Part shown: one piece after another, positions 13,650-28,000 of the stretch | Layout: each line of letters starts with the position of its first letter | Position numbering within the stretch: position 1 is the first letter of the stretch | Source of the DNA: Blasia pusilla | Taxonomy: Eukaryota | Assembly: GCA_050084515.1 (NCBI GenBank) | Contig: CM114271.1 | Coordinates: forward strand, 27,652,001-27,716,000 | Length of the DNA: 64,000 nucleotides | Direction of reading: 5' to 3' | The notes under the pieces: generated by a model | The model's input: only the letters and a program-made list of their open reading frames with translations | Database searches by the model: none | What the model was told of the DNA's origin: nothing | Position numbers and translations under genes: made by a program

Positions 13650-14999
13650 TAATGATCAACTAAATCATTAGTTGATCTTAATCAATGAAATCATTTCCAT
13701 CTTCCATTCAAAATCATTTTACTTTCCCAAAATATCAAATGTGAATTAAGGAACAAAACTATAAGCTTGTTACTATCTTGTCTCATTATGCACATAGGGT
13801 CGCCAATAATAATATGGATATGGACTATTCATCATGCTCCTATAATGCACCATTTTTTCAATTTTAAAAAAAAATCCCAACCTTCTTTCTTTCTTCTATA
13901 TGAGGAGATTTTTCATGCATGCATATTGCATCTAACATCTTCTTAGAACTTAAAAATGTTCAAGTTATTTTCATGGATGAATGTTCTATGATGTATCCTA
14001 AACTATGACAACAAGAGTGCAGCCATGAGAAAGTTGGAAAGTAAGGAAAGTGTTAGTCTAGATAGGAGAATCAAAGCTACGAAGAGCTTTGGTACAATTG
14101 AAATGATTCACAAGAGCGTAAGTATCAAGATATTGATGTTGCAATCTTTGAAATATTATGGAAGTTAATGTAAATGTCTATGTTTTCTTTGGTTTTATAT
14201 TTAACTATGGGATGAGATTGTAGTTATTTTGTTTAGAGAGTTCTTACTCTGTCCGGATGAATGATTTTCTTCTCGGAGTGCATATATAAGAGAAAATAAC
14301 TTGGTGAAACTTACAATAGCGTAAATGAATGAGAACGTCATCGACTTACTTGTATTGACCTTTACAAATGGGAGATAAACATGAAACAATTTAAATTCTA
14401 TGGACAATAGACATAATCCACACATGTAATGGAAAAACATTTATTCTTGCAGAAATAGGTGAAAATATTAAGTTATCTAAAATTCCATTTTAATTGATAT
14501 GAGGGGGATAAATGGGTTTATGTCAACAAGTAGTCAAGTAAATGATACCAAGATTGAAAGGGAAAGTTCAGTTCCATGAAGTTAACTGAGATAAGATTTT
14601 TGCAAGAATTTGAAGGTAAGTTGGGGACAAAATCAGAGAGTTTGTATGACTTGTATGAATATGATTATGCCATATGAGTGGTAAGTAATTGAAAATTATG
14701 CAGATTACTAACAAGTTTGAAAGAACAAGAAGTTAAGATTTCCTATGAACATAATGTGGAGATAATATGAGATATGTCATGATGGAATTCTTCATAAATA
14801 TGACGATGACTAGCTAATTGCCCAAAGCAATAGGTATAACAATAGTAGTACAATATGGTGAATTCCATCACACTAGTCATATTAGTCCAAGTGCTTGACA
14901 CCAACCTAAATCTACAAACGGTGTATGTACTATAATCTTAGATATAATGCAATGTTAAGAAACTTACCTCCATGGCTAAATGGTTATGGTTAAATGTTT

Positions 15000-17557
15000 A
15001 GAAAATGTATAGTATAATGAAATTAACACCTACTTTGGATGCAAGTTTGAAGTAGTGACTATATAACATTTGCTTCTAGTGGCAACTTGGCATATACAAA
15101 TGTGAGTAGTGTAACATTCTTCATAAAATCTTTGAAGCAATATGTCACCTTGGTAAAGTTGGCTAGTGTTGAGCGAGGTGATGCTCACACGTGGTATTTG
15201 CATACTGAAGAGTTATAAATTTTGCTACTGAGAGAGGCAACATGTAATATGAGAATATCATTATGATCTTGCAACTAGTCCAATTTGCTGAAGGGCATTT
15301 AATACACTTCAAATGGGAGAAACGAAGTTTGTTCTTGATATGAAATAGAATTTGGATCGGATTGAAGTGATACAAAGGCTGCAATGGGATGAAAATGCTA
15401 AAATGGTGGCCTACAATAAGGAAGCCTCGACCAGATATACTAAAACAAAAGTATGTAGAAAAAATGATAAGTATACATTGCGAATAGATATTATCCATGG
15501 TGAATAGTAAGACTTGATTTCAATGTTTTGGTTTTTTAAAGCTTATTTTTTTCTATAATTGTTTGTCGGTTTTCTTAGTTCCTATTATGGTCAATGTAGG
15601 TTGAAATGGATATTTAGATGTACAACCATATCCAAATTGTTAACTTGGGCGTCCCAAAACCAGAGCAAGGATGTATTAATAATAATCACTACATATATGA
15701 AAGCTTGGGTGCATATGGAACTTTTGTATTTGAGTTTAGCAAAGAGAAGAAGAATTGTCAATTTGGGATAGCTCTTGATGGGATTAAAAAAATTTCCAGA
15801 AAATCTAACATATGGTCAAAATATTTAGTATTTTTGGTGAATTATACTTTGCATCTACGATTCTAAACCAAGAAGTTATTTTTGTGATAATATCTTTGAT
15901 TACACTTGGCAAAGAGAGTATTGATGGAAAAAATGTCAACACATTCCTACTTCATTTGTTATGAGAGTTTGAAGATTTATGCAAAGGAATCTTATTTCAT
16001 AATAAGTTTTACAAATTATGGCTATTGGAACTTTAGTTTGAGTCTTAATGTGCATATGGAATCATATTTTGATATGAGCACGATGGGAAGCATGGTTGTG
16101 GTATATGTGGACCATGAGTCAATTCAAATTTCTCTAAGTTTGTTAGAAATCCTAAATATGGTTATCCCCGTCGTTACCTCCCAAAAAACCATTCATGGAA
16201 GATTTGTAGATACATCACATATTTGAATGGTATTGAATAGCTTAGACAAACCAAAAAAAAAGGTCGTTGAATGGTCAAAGGATATAAACTTTATAATGAG
16301 AATGGAGTTTGATCAAGGGGACAAGAGTGAAAAAGATAAGCATTCTCTTTGATTTTTCTTATTGGACATTATACCTTCTTGTTTTCTCTTGAAAAAAAAA
16401 ATTAGAATGTACTCCAAAGTTTGATATAACTATTTTGTAGTAAAGGCATTTTAAAGTTCCTTTATCAATTTCCACCATCTTCTCATTTGGAATACAATAG
16501 ATGCTATGCACGATGAGAAGAACGAAACTAATAATTTGGTAAGGATTTTGTGGGGAGTTAAAGATACAATATAAGTGAGGAGAGATATGGAGGCTCGTGA
16601 ATTTTTTCTCATTTTGTATTGTACAATCACGTCCTACAAGGCCCTAGGGGTTCTTGAAACATGGTGTTTTTTATTATCTCCATATCGAGGAGATGAATGC
16701 AACTATATTCAAATTTGAACAAGTGAGCGCCAATTGGATATTGTGGGGATTTGCGCAAGCATGTGGTAAATCAAAAGATAACCTTTAAAATTGAATGCAA
16801 AAGTTTATAATTCAGAGATTTTTTTAAAACTCTACGAAGATATCAAAGATTGTGGTTCCTTATGTACAAATATTCCACTTCATTTAAGTTTGAATCTTAA
16901 ATGGAAATGGGATATTTAGTCATAAGGAATTACAATCTTCAAATCAAGTATGATATATTCATTGTGCATTTTTTCATCTATGAATTAAAGGGAGGAAAAA
17001 TTCCTCAATATTATCACTTAATTAAATGGAGCATGGAAAATGCACCTACGTCAATCGTGAGGTATGACATGTGAGAACGAGTGTGACTATACTTGGTGGC
17101 GACACTTCTTCAACATAATGATTTGCGGAGAAGTGCAAATGAGCTCTTAAAGGAGGCGTGGAGCTGAACTTATGCTCTAGAGCTAGATAGGATAGAGGTA
17201 CCATGTGCACTAATAGTTTAAACATTAGCACCCTTAGACATCATATCGATTGTGTAGTAGTATTCCCAAGAGGATGTACGTCTATTATATCTCTTGGGAA
17301 GGATTAATATTACTTTGGTTGAAGTGATGCACATCATAATGGGAGTACAATATTACTCATATGTTGAGAGGGATGAGATTGCACGAAGAGTCTTATTGCA
17401 CCATATGTCAAGGCTAGTCCAACAACATTGTAACTACAACTTTATGTTTGCTACTAGGGGATATTAACCTCCTTCGTGGTCGAATATTTTATGTTCAGGG
17501 GCACAGGATGTGGAAAGCATCATGAATAGGTAAAATTCCCTTGTTGGTGATAGGATT
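15000..17557 (+). mobile_element. Decayed CACTA/En-Spm transposase (Tnp2/Transposase_21) remnant #1
   Basis: Broken frames give EFSKEKKNCQFGIALDG..VFLVNY (~15730-15860) and IDAMHDEKNETNNLVRILWGVKDT..VRRDMEAR (~16497-16600). These resemble the Tnp2 motifs RNVRLGLATDG and DVMHIEKN. Boundaries approximate. Confidence 0.7.
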
Positions 17558-17994
17558 TGTTGGATTCTCAACATCCACTTCTCTTAGCACCATCTATCTT
17601 ATGGGCTCCCTTATATGAGGAGAAGCCTAGATTGATGGTTTCAACTTTTACGTCGAAGGAGTCATAATAATATGACGTAGGTTTTTTATGGAGTAGCGAT
17701 ACTAGCATTATCTAATCCTATATTGCATTGGTGTGCAAGGTACCTTGATGCGACGGGGGGTCCGTGGAAAATTTTCATATAAATAGAATAAAGAAAAATC
17801 TGTAAAAAACCTTAGTTTCTCGAGTAGTTAAATAGTCGAAAGCCGCAGCAATAGCGCATTCTCGTATGTCGAGTTATCTCCATATTCAAGTTCCATTGAA
17901 GCTCTTCTATGAGCGCACGGACGGACTAGGCCACTTTGTATCTCCAAGATTTGTAATACATTTCAGTGATTTCATCATATTATGTTTTTTGATA
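17558..17994 (+). repeat. Copia 5' LTR
   Basis: Direct repeat of 21655-22091, followed by the PBS. Confidence 0.9.
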
Positions 17995-20900
17995 TGGTAT
18001 CAAAGCAATAGATTTTCCAGTAATTTGGTCTAGCGATCTAGTATGTTTGAGAAAATTCTTGAGAGATGGCTACTTCTTCTTCAGTTTGTGCTTACCCTCT
18101 TCCACTGGTGAAGAGAAGTTAGATGGGACTAACTATACATTGTGAAAGTTCAAAATGAGAACTATCCTCGAATCATTTAAGATTTGGGAGATGACCATAG
18201 AGGTCGATTCAAATCCACAAGCTACTTTGAGTTTTGCATGTTCATCTTCATCTAGTGATATCGATTGTGTTATATTGTTGGCGTGGAAACGTAGAAGCGT
18301 TGATGCTCTATATGCGGTTGTCACAAATATAACTGATTTTGTCATGACTCTCATTCAACATACAACCACTGTTGAGGCGTGGAACATTCTGAAGAATCAA
18401 CATGAAACCAGGAATGAGACTTAGATTCAGAATCTGAAGAATTAGCTTACGTGCAAGAATTTTTTTGAAGGAGAAAGCGCGAAGCAATTTTTTACGAAGA
18501 TCAAGAATCTTCAAGGTCAGATGGGTCCGTGGGAATTTCAAAGTCTAACAAAGATTTGGTACGCCGATGCATAAGGATTTTGCCTTCGAGGTATGACACT
18601 TTGGTCATTGTATTGAATACTTAAGTAAGACCCACGCCGCTTACTTTTGAACAATTTAGTGCAATGTTGATAGAAGAGGAAATGCGCTTCAAAGCAAGAG
18701 AGGGAAGTGATGGAGCATTTACTGCCAACGTACAGAGAGGTAGAAATAAGATTACAGTTCAAATTTCAAGAGGAAATCTCTAAAGTAAGCCTTCAAATGC
18801 CTTTATTATGGTAAGCTAGGTCATCTTATCAAAGATTGTAGAAAGAGGAGTCTGAAAATTCTGCAAAACTAGGAGAACATGAGATAGATGATTGGGTATC
18901 AATCGAAGAGTTTTGCATACAAGCAGACTATTCCACTAAGTCAAAGAGTGAAAATGCATGGGTGCTCAATACTAGAGCATCTAGGCATATGACCAACCAG
19001 AAGGATTGGTATAGATCCTTACAGCCTCCGTAGAAGCCCATCGTTGCTATTGTTGGGAATAATGCAAAATGCCACGTAGAAGGGAAAGGCAAAAAAATTT
19101 TAGTCTCACAAAAAAGAGATGAAAAGAAGTTAACTGATGTATTGTACTTAGCAGAGTTGAATTGCAATTTACTTTTACTAGAGCTAATGGATGTTGACCT
19201 ATATGGAAGGCAAGTGCTTTTGGAAATTTTTAAGTATGGCACAAGTTGGTTGAGAATGAGAGAGGAAAGAAGGTACATAAGCTTCGCACACATCGAGGAG
19301 GAGAATTCTTATTAAAATAATTCAAAAAATTATTTGGGAGAACATGGAATCAAGCGACAATTAACCTTGACACATACACCATAACAAAATGAAGTTGTTG
19401 AGCGCCGAAACTATACAATGGTGGAGATGGCAAGATGTATGATGAAAGCAAAAGGATTGACAAAAGGATTTTGGGCTAAAGTTGTTAATAATGTCGTTTA
19501 TATTCTAAATAGAAGTTCTACCAAGTGAGTGCAAGGCATGAGTTCTCATCAAGCATACTCAGGTAAGGTACCATCAGTCCAACACTTCAGGGCTTTTGGT
19601 AGTGAGTGTTTTGTACTTATTCCTAAAGCATCTAGGACCAAGGTGAAGTCCAAGAGCAGGAAGAGCATCTTTATAGGATATAGTGATGACTCTAAAGCTT
19701 GTCGCCTATGTCGTCATGAGGCAAAGAATATGCTTGTGATTCGTGATGTGGTGTTCCAAGAACAACCTCGTCAAGTGGCAGATATCAGTGGTCCGTCCAC
19801 ATTATCATCAAATGAAGAGATAACCCACCAGAGCACATCATCAATGTTTACACTATATCATCAAGAAGAAGAATTTGGTGATGATAACAAAAAGCATCCT
19901 ATTCTTCCACTACGGTTGTCATATCCTAAGTGGATAAAGTAGCTCTTGAATGGTAAGGATCCACCACTATCTGATGAAGTTGCTACACATCCAAGGAGAT
20001 CCAAGAGACCAAAGGAGTAGAATAGAGCTTCCACACATCTCGTCAACATGGCCTTGATGACAAAGGTCTTGAAGGTGGAAGAGCCATCATGCTTGGGTGA
20101 GGCCTTTGCTCATCCTAAATAGAGAGAGGCCATGTAGTTGGAGATGGACGTTATTCAAAGAAACGAAACTTGGAATTTGGTTGAGAAGCCAAAGGACAAG
20201 AATATAATACGCATGAAGTGGGTATACAATACCAAGTACAAGTTGGACGGTACATTGGATAAACTCAAAGCGAGGTTTTTGCACAAGGATGTTCACAGAT
20301 TGAAGGTTTTGATTACAACGAGACTTTTGCTCCTACTGCAAGGATGACAACCATACAAATTGTTCTAGTTATGGCGGGAATAAGACGTTGGCATGTATAC
20401 CACTATGATATAAAGTCTGAATGTAAGTCTCAACAAGGAGGTGTATGTATCTCAACCACCGGGTTTTGAGACACCCAAATGAGAAGAGAAAGTGTGTTTG
20501 CTTCATCGATCATTGGATGGGTTGAAGCAAGCCCAAAGGATATGGTATCAACGAATAGATATATTCTTCTGAGAGAGGGGTCTCATCAAGAGCCCATCAG
20601 AAGCAAATTTGTATGTGTACACATATGAGATAGAAATTTGTATCTCATATGCGAAGATGAGATGTATATGTTGATAGTCCTTTCTATGGATGATCTTATC
20701 ATCACATAAGACCACAATAAGAAAAAAGAGGAAAGGAGGGAAGTGTTGAAATTTGAATTTGAAATGTAAGATTTAGGTCTTTGGCACTACTTTATAGGCC
20801 TAGAGATTTGGCAACAGTCAGATTCTATTTTTCTATCCCAACAAAAGTATGCTAGAGAAATCTTGAAGGCATTTGGGATGACCGAGTATAAGGTAGTGGT

Positions 20901-21654
20901 CTTGCCAATGGAGATAGAGTTGAAACTCTCGATGGAGAATGTCTCACCATTGATAGGTGAGAAGTTATATAGAAAGCTTGTGGGCAATTTGATATTTTTA
21001 TGCAACACAAGACCAAACATTAGCTTTGTTGTAGAAGTGTTGAGTAGGTTCTCAACTAAGCCTAATGAGAATCATTGGAAGGCAGGGATGCATGTGTTCA
21101 AGTACATCAAAGGCACTATTGAGTATGACATCACCTATAGAGCATGGATTAAAATAACAACCTTTTGTCATTCAGATTGGGCAGGAGACTCACATCCTCA
21201 TAAATTTGTTTTGGATTATTGTTTCTTGGTGGGATCATGTGTGGTAACATGGGTCAGCAAGAAGCAACAAAGAGTGGCTCTTTCTTCTACCGAGGCAGGA
21301 TACGAGGCGGCTTGTTATGCTTCTTGTGAAGAAATATGGTTGAGATGGATATTGGAGGACATAGGAGAAGCACTAGAAAGTGCTACTATGATGTGGTATG
21401 ACAATTATCAAAGTTGCATTGCCATAGCACATAATTATGTGTTTCATGCTCGTAGAAAGCACAAAGATATCCAACATCAATTTTTTCGTGAGTTAATCCA
21501 GAGAGAGGTTTTGAAGCTAGTATATTGTCCAACAGAGGATATCCGTGCAGACATCTCTACCAAAGCCTTGAGCGGAGATTAACTTCAACAACATCTGAAG
21601 GGACTTGGCATCGGTCCAAGACAATAGTTCACATGAGACTGGATATTGAAGGGG

Positions 21655-22091
21655 TGTTGGATTCTCAACATCCACTTCTCTCAACATCATATATTTGATC
21701 GTCCTCCTTATATGAGAAGAAGCTTAGATTAAGGATTTCGACTTTGACGTCGAAGGAGTCATAGTAATATGACATAGGTGGTTTTTGGAGTAGCGCTACT
21801 AGGATTATCTAATCCTATATTGCATCAAGGTGCGGGGCACTCTTATGCAAGGGGGGTCTGGGGAAAAAAATTATATAAATAGAAACAAAGAAAAATAGGT
21901 TTAAAACCCTAGTTTCTTAAGTAGTGGAATAGTCAAAAGCCGCGGCCGTAGCGCATTCTTGTATGTCGATTTATCTCCATTTTCAGGTCCCATCGAAGGT
22001 CTTTTATGAGCGCACGGACGGACTAGCCCACTTTGTATCTCCAAGATTTGTAATACATTTGAGTGATTTCATCACATTATGTTTTCTCACA
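21655..22091 (+). repeat. Copia 3' LTR
   Basis: Direct repeat of 17558-17994, TG...CA ends, preceded by a polypurine tract. Confidence 0.9.
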
Positions 22092-25000
22092 GGATGGCCA
22101 TATGAGGTCATTCTTTGGGGGATGGGGAACTTGGTTTGCATGACCAAGATCGGCCATATTTTGGGGGATGTTACAAGTTGTTTGACACTTGTAGACTATG
22201 CATGCACATTCACTAGGGTATATTTTGGAGAATGTCCCATTCTTAGGTGATACTTGAGCACGAGTGAGGATAAGTGTGTATCAAGTGCGGTCATAGATAG
22301 AAACGGTAGTGATGTTGGATGTGACGAGTGTTGGATCATGCGCACATTGTCTACAATTGTGATGGAAAAACATGTTATCATCGTAAGTATAAAGGAAAGC
22401 TAGCTTACGATGGATTTGAGAGACCATAACTTCTCATATTGGATGCGGTCTTAGATCCATAAGGGTGATCTCACGTTGTTATTTGCGAGGATGCGATATC
22501 TTTGGTGTTGGCCAATGGGATGGGCCAAGAGAGGGTAATTTTTTCTATATTGATAAGTTTTTTGGCATCCCATGCTTTCTTTCTAAGTAGGGCAAGATAT
22601 GAAATAGAATGAGTAGGTACATATACTAGTGGAGCCCAAGGTTGACGATCAAGGGTGAGTCATGAGATTCTCTTCGAGCATGGTGATGGTGCCTATGATG
22701 GCATATGCATAACGTAATAAGTGTTGGATCATGCTAGATAGACATGTAAGTAAGATAGACATGGTCTATCTTACTTGGATGTTTGGTTATGGTTTAACTT
22801 AGTAAAGATGAATGACATCCACTTTGTAGCATAACATCCTTTGGGACGGGGAAGATACATGCTAAAGGGGTGATGATGATCATTATTGGAAATTTACAAT
22901 TTTCTAGTTATCGTCCCCCAACATGGGTCCACTTACAAGGGATGGTAAAACCCCTCTCCCCGATCAACTAGTGGTGTGATGCACTTGGTGGTGGACTCTT
23001 TGGCCTAATCGCATATGGAGAGCATATGCAACATGAATAACTAAGTCTATGGCGCCCACGCTATAGAGAACCTAGAAAACAAGTCATGATTGTGGCTCTA
23101 AGGAGGAAAGACTTTGGTGTGATCTACCAAAGTCAAGACATAGATTAAGTAATCGTGAGACTAGGAAGGGGGGAAAAACTAGCCCATAACTAATTTTAGG
23201 TACTTTCTTGACATTCCCCGCCAAGAAAGTTTTAAACCTTGGGACCAAGCATCAAGTCAAAGGCAAGAAGCAAGGAATACATGAGTAGTCTAAATGGGCG
23301 AGATGCCCCAAAATTAGTCATTAAACATGATGGCCAAAAAGACAACCATGAGAGGTCAAGTGAGGAGTTAAGACGTATGCTAGTCAAGAGACACTAAAAG
23401 CTCACATCCAAGCTCCGAAATGCATTGGGAGAACCGATAATTGAATAATCTATACAAAGCCTCTTCCAAGCCATCTGAATGAATTATTACTCAAACGCTG
23501 GTCCGCAAGTCGAGAACTGTATTTGGATTGAATGCAAAAATTAAGGGTTTGAGGGGAACATTGGGGAATGTGGGATTCCAATGGAGAACCCCAAAATTAC
23601 CTATAGGGGGGAAAACTCTCTCTCGCTACCCACAAAAGTCCTTGAACCAATAACGGATCTAGTTGTGTTTCGGGTTTGAGTTAAGAAACACATCTTAAGG
23701 AATTAGCCAACATGCTCTGGTATAGGCAAGTGATTTGGGGAGATTTTTCAAGGCTTGGGTAAGAGGCTACATAGAGAGATGATATGCTTTTGGGGAGACT
23801 TGACATGCTTAGTGTTTGGTAGTTTCTTGACCATCTATGGAACACATAATTGGTTTAGTCTTTGGGACTCAAGTATTTCCCTTGCAAAGTTCAAGGTTGA
23901 TAGTGCCTTAGGGAAAAGCTAGGAGAAGTAGAGATTGGACTCTACAATGGCACATACTCGAATTGGCAAAGAAAACCTCAAAATGTGCAACCAGATCTTA
24001 CAACTAACATGATGAGGGGGGTTTTTTTTAAAATTCTTTCCTTGATCATTAAAAATATTAATTCTTATCATTTTCTACCGCATATTCAGCTCCATATAAA
24101 AGATTTGCTTAATTATTGACCAACAAATTATTAATATATGTTTAACACATTAGGGCCAAAGATGCCTTATTACGTAGATATGTACCTCAAACCGCTTTTG
24201 GAGGAGTTATTCGCCTTGTGAGAGGGAGTTTGTGTCGTGGATACAAGCATCCACTACCTTGAAACATCAAGGGCCTCTAAATAATCAGATATTTTATTGT
24301 AGATAACCGTCACTCTCCATCTTGGATAGTTGTGCACCTCTCCTCTATTCATTCCTAACATGATCTAATTGTGAGTTTTGATTGTACATGGTTAGGTTAC
24401 ATATTAAGTTTGCAAGTTTCGGGAAAGTTAGCATCCCCAACATCTAGACTTTGGTTGGAGGTTATGTATTGAGGAGATTTGAGAACCACCATTTACGTGA
24501 GTGCGGAAAATTATTTGCCTTACAGCCATGAGGGTGAACCTCGTAGGAGCCAATGGATAATGATGATGGCCTTTATACTATGATGTACACAGATTGGTCA
24601 GTCTAGGAGGATGTGTGTGTAGGGATGGAATATTGCGTAATGGATTTGGAATCAAGCGGGATTCATTCCTCAACATATTGTCTTATTGAATGTGAGTAGT
24701 ATCCATTACGAGGTTATTTAGAAATTCAAATGCATGTGGTGACCTATGTTTGGGTGTGTACTTGTTGATGGAACTTCTAACATAATCTTGTGGATTGCCT
24801 TAAAACCATATGCATGTAGGTCGTGGATTGCGAGGATCCAATGAACATTGAGGGTAATATTATGCACTTATTGATGGACCAATTTTTGTCCAAAGTGTCA
24901 CATCTAAGTAGCCGATAGGCCGAGATCTATCGTGGATAGGGCGTAGGAGCCAACGGACTATCTTGAGTGTAACTTTGTCCCACAGTGTCGGATGAGGTTG

Positions 25001-28000
25001 AGGATAGGTCCATTGCGTCAAGAACGTCGTTTCTGACGACTTTCATGTTGAGGTCTTTTACAACCGGGTGACTTGTTGACCAAGTCACCTGCCCCTGGTA
25101 ACCTGTGCGCGCAGGTTACCAAGGGAAGGGCTATTTTTAGGGTTTGAGCCTTTTGGCTCTTCCCAACCTATATAAGAGAGGAAGATGGCTTTCCTAAGCC
25201 ATCTTTCTCATGTTGGGCCGTTGGAGCACCTCCCTTGTATGTGTGTGAGCTAGGACTAGGGTGCTAGCGTCCGGATTCCTTGATAGCACAGGGTGGACGA
25301 GGCTCGATATGCCGATGTAGATTGAGGAGTGGAGTTTTAGGCCGGGTGTGCCGTTTTTACTACTCTTTATTTTTACATGAGAAAGATGTCGGGGGTGGGA
25401 ATTCGTTGTTTTGCAGGTAGGCAAGCGAGTTGCCTTGGTCGGAGCCCCGGAGCGTGTGTGTGACGTTGTGTGTCATTTTTTCTGTTCGGAAGGCCGTGGG
25501 CGGAAGCGCTGCCCGTTTTTCTCAGATTTTTCTGGTGCGGATTGATGGGGGACAGCAGCCGAGTGTAGCGTGTGGTGGGGCGTCGGGTGTACGCAAGTGG
25601 AGGCGTCGAGAGAGAAGGAATAGGCAGGTTTGGGTCTTGCAACCGCCGGGGGGCTGTCAAGTAAAGGCGGCTAGAGTTAGGTCGCGAATTTTAGGGCATG
25701 GCGTGGACGGGCTGGGCTCGTGACGGGCGCAGACGGCGAGGGGCGCGGACGCCGCACCCCCCCCCGCATTTAGGGCCCAAGGGGCACGCATAGGGCCGCG
25801 GTCCAATTTCTTCCCCCCTCTCCAACGTGGTAGCACCGACGGCGGTCGGACAATTGTCGCATACGTGGTTGGCAGGACAGACGAGGTTAGTTGGGCGAAC
25901 GTGAGTTGAGATTTGCCGGACATGAGTGGGAGCCGACCAGGGTGAGTCGCGTTACATACATGATGTTTTGGGGCGCGACAGGGTTGCGAGAGTTTACGAT
26001 GGAGGGGCAGTGTGCATGATGCCGACGGGTTGTCCGCATCTGTTGATGGGAGGATCGATGTGTTGGTCGAGGGGAGTGTTATGTGGCGGAGATTGTCATA
26101 TCATGTGGAGGAGTGCATATTGACGGTGCAAAGTTGAGGGCGTGATCAGGTTACCCATTCGAGTCCCTTTTCCCGCACTTGTCGCGGTGTGATTGAGAGT
26201 CTTTGGGTATCAAGTAGTAGCCGGTGCTAGATGGGTGCGATGATGGTGACGAGTGTAGATTCTTTTCATGTGTAGCATGTTGGTGGATATCTGGGCGGTT
26301 GCCGAGTAGGGGTCGCGTGTATGACCCGAGAGTGTGTCGCTAGGTTAGGTGAGTCGGTTGGGAGGCTCATGGTGAGCCCGAGTGTTGAGCGTGCGTGAGG
26401 CCATGAATGTCATCACGGGATTGGCGTTAGCATAGGTGAGCTAGTGAGGCATGTGGGAGACTCGGTGAGTCCGAGTGCTTGAGCGGGGTGAGACAGGGTT
26501 TGTCATCACGGCGTTCTTCCAGGGTTCGGAAGAACGGGTAGTGCGAGCGATGGTAGTGTTGTGACACGAGTGGAGTGAGATACCGAGGGGTTACTAGTGA
26601 GGAGCTCTGCGACATCCATCCATCCCGGATCGTCATCATCATGGACATCGGGTCCGTGACGAGATCACCAACAGAGATGATGAGTACTTGGCGAGGAGAT
26701 TGCGACATGGGCCATCGGGGCATGCGTCGTTTTTCGGGTGCGATGGGCACCATCGACTTAGATGATTTCATCCAGGAGTTCGACACATGGTGCGACTTCC
26801 GGGAGATACGGACCCGACACGGTTCAACCCTTTCATGGCATGGAAGGGGTTGTTCCAAAGACTTGGAGGGTCCTCCGATGGATGACTACATGGAGTTTCG
26901 ATCACTATATTCAGTAGAGATCGATGCTTGGAGGATGTATTGGGCTCCAGGGTATGTGTCCACTAGTGGTCGCGAGGCATATGATGGGATTATGAGAGGA
27001 GAGAGACCCACACCATCAGCCCAGAGACTAGATGGAGAGGAGGGCAGTGAGACAGGCGATGTGGCAGAGACCTCTGGTGGTAGAGGGCCACCCAGCTTCA
27101 ACCCCACAGTGGAGTTCTTCCGACAGTTGGGGAAGAGCTACCAGGGCGTACGCACCGACAAGCTGAAGAGTCTATAGGATTTTCAGCGATGATCAGGTGA
27201 GAGTCTGAGAGAGGCATTCACATGCATGAGGAGGCTGATCATTGCTACGTTTGGAGTGACTGAGGCGCAGTCAGTCCAGTATTGGTACGGGGTTCTCGAC
27301 CGAGAACTACGGAGGAGAGTCCGAGATGCGGTGCTGATTCCCACAGCGGAGCCCACATTGAAGGTGGTCTTTGAGTTGTCTGAGCGTATTGAGCTCAACA
27401 TGAGTGAGGAGCAGGTAGTGACCGCTGGATTTTCTCGAGAGACGACGGGTCCACGAGCGGCGGTGACCCCACCGGTGCCACAGCGAGCACCGGTACCACG
27501 GGAGCGGGCCAGCGTGCCTAGAGAGCAGGGCGGGTACCGTGAGCCTATGAGGCAACGACCCGCACCTACATATGTTGCCCAGCAGGGACCGGTGTGGTCT
27601 TGTTGGGCGTGTGGAGGGGCCCATAGGCGAGAGGCGCCACAAAGCATGGGAGAGGACCACAGCGCCTCCGATTGCGAGAGCCACAGAGGATGGCCCCACC
27701 CAGCACCAGTGTGACCATTGCCACAGATATGGTCACACTAGGGATAGATGTTTTGACCTTTGCCGAGGGGCACGCGTAGGAGGTAGGCCGAGGCCTGGGG
27801 CGGCCGCCCAGGAGGAGGTCGGGAGTTCTTCTGGGCGTGGTGGTAGAGGACCACCACCGGCCAGAGGAGATGGAGCAGAGCACGAGCCGGCGCTTCTCTA
27901 ACGCATCGATTAGTTGGAGCAGGAGGATTGCGCCATGCGATGATGCGGCTTAGGAAGGCACGGAGTGCGGCGGCTAGTGTGACTCGATCTCTACCTCTTA

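Larger units (their letters stand above)
17558..22091 (+). mobile_element. Ty1/Copia LTR retrotransposon, degenerate, internally deleted
   Basis: Two 437-bp LTRs (17558-17994, 21655-22091) begin TGTTGGATTCTCAACATCC. PBS TGGTATCAAAGC (tRNA-iMet-like) at 17995; purine tract before 21655; TSD GGATT/GGATG. Gag, integrase, RT (TWNLVEKP..MKWVYNTK..KLKAR) and RNase H (SDWAG..VALSSTEAGY..ADISTKAL) fragments occur in Copia order with many stops. Confidence 0.93.

Noticed and set aside
22748-22776. 13-bp hairpin AAGTAAGATAGAC-ATG-GTCTATCTTACTT
   Set aside because: Real, but inside decayed transposon sequence beside a local duplication; likely a repair scar.
22900-24050. Possible additional LTR fragment
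   Set aside because: LTR-like composition but no termini, TSD or partner copy could be identified.
25194-26123. GC-rich short ORFs as accessory genes
   Set aside because: They lie in the putative LTR, occur in several overlapping frames and show no motifs.
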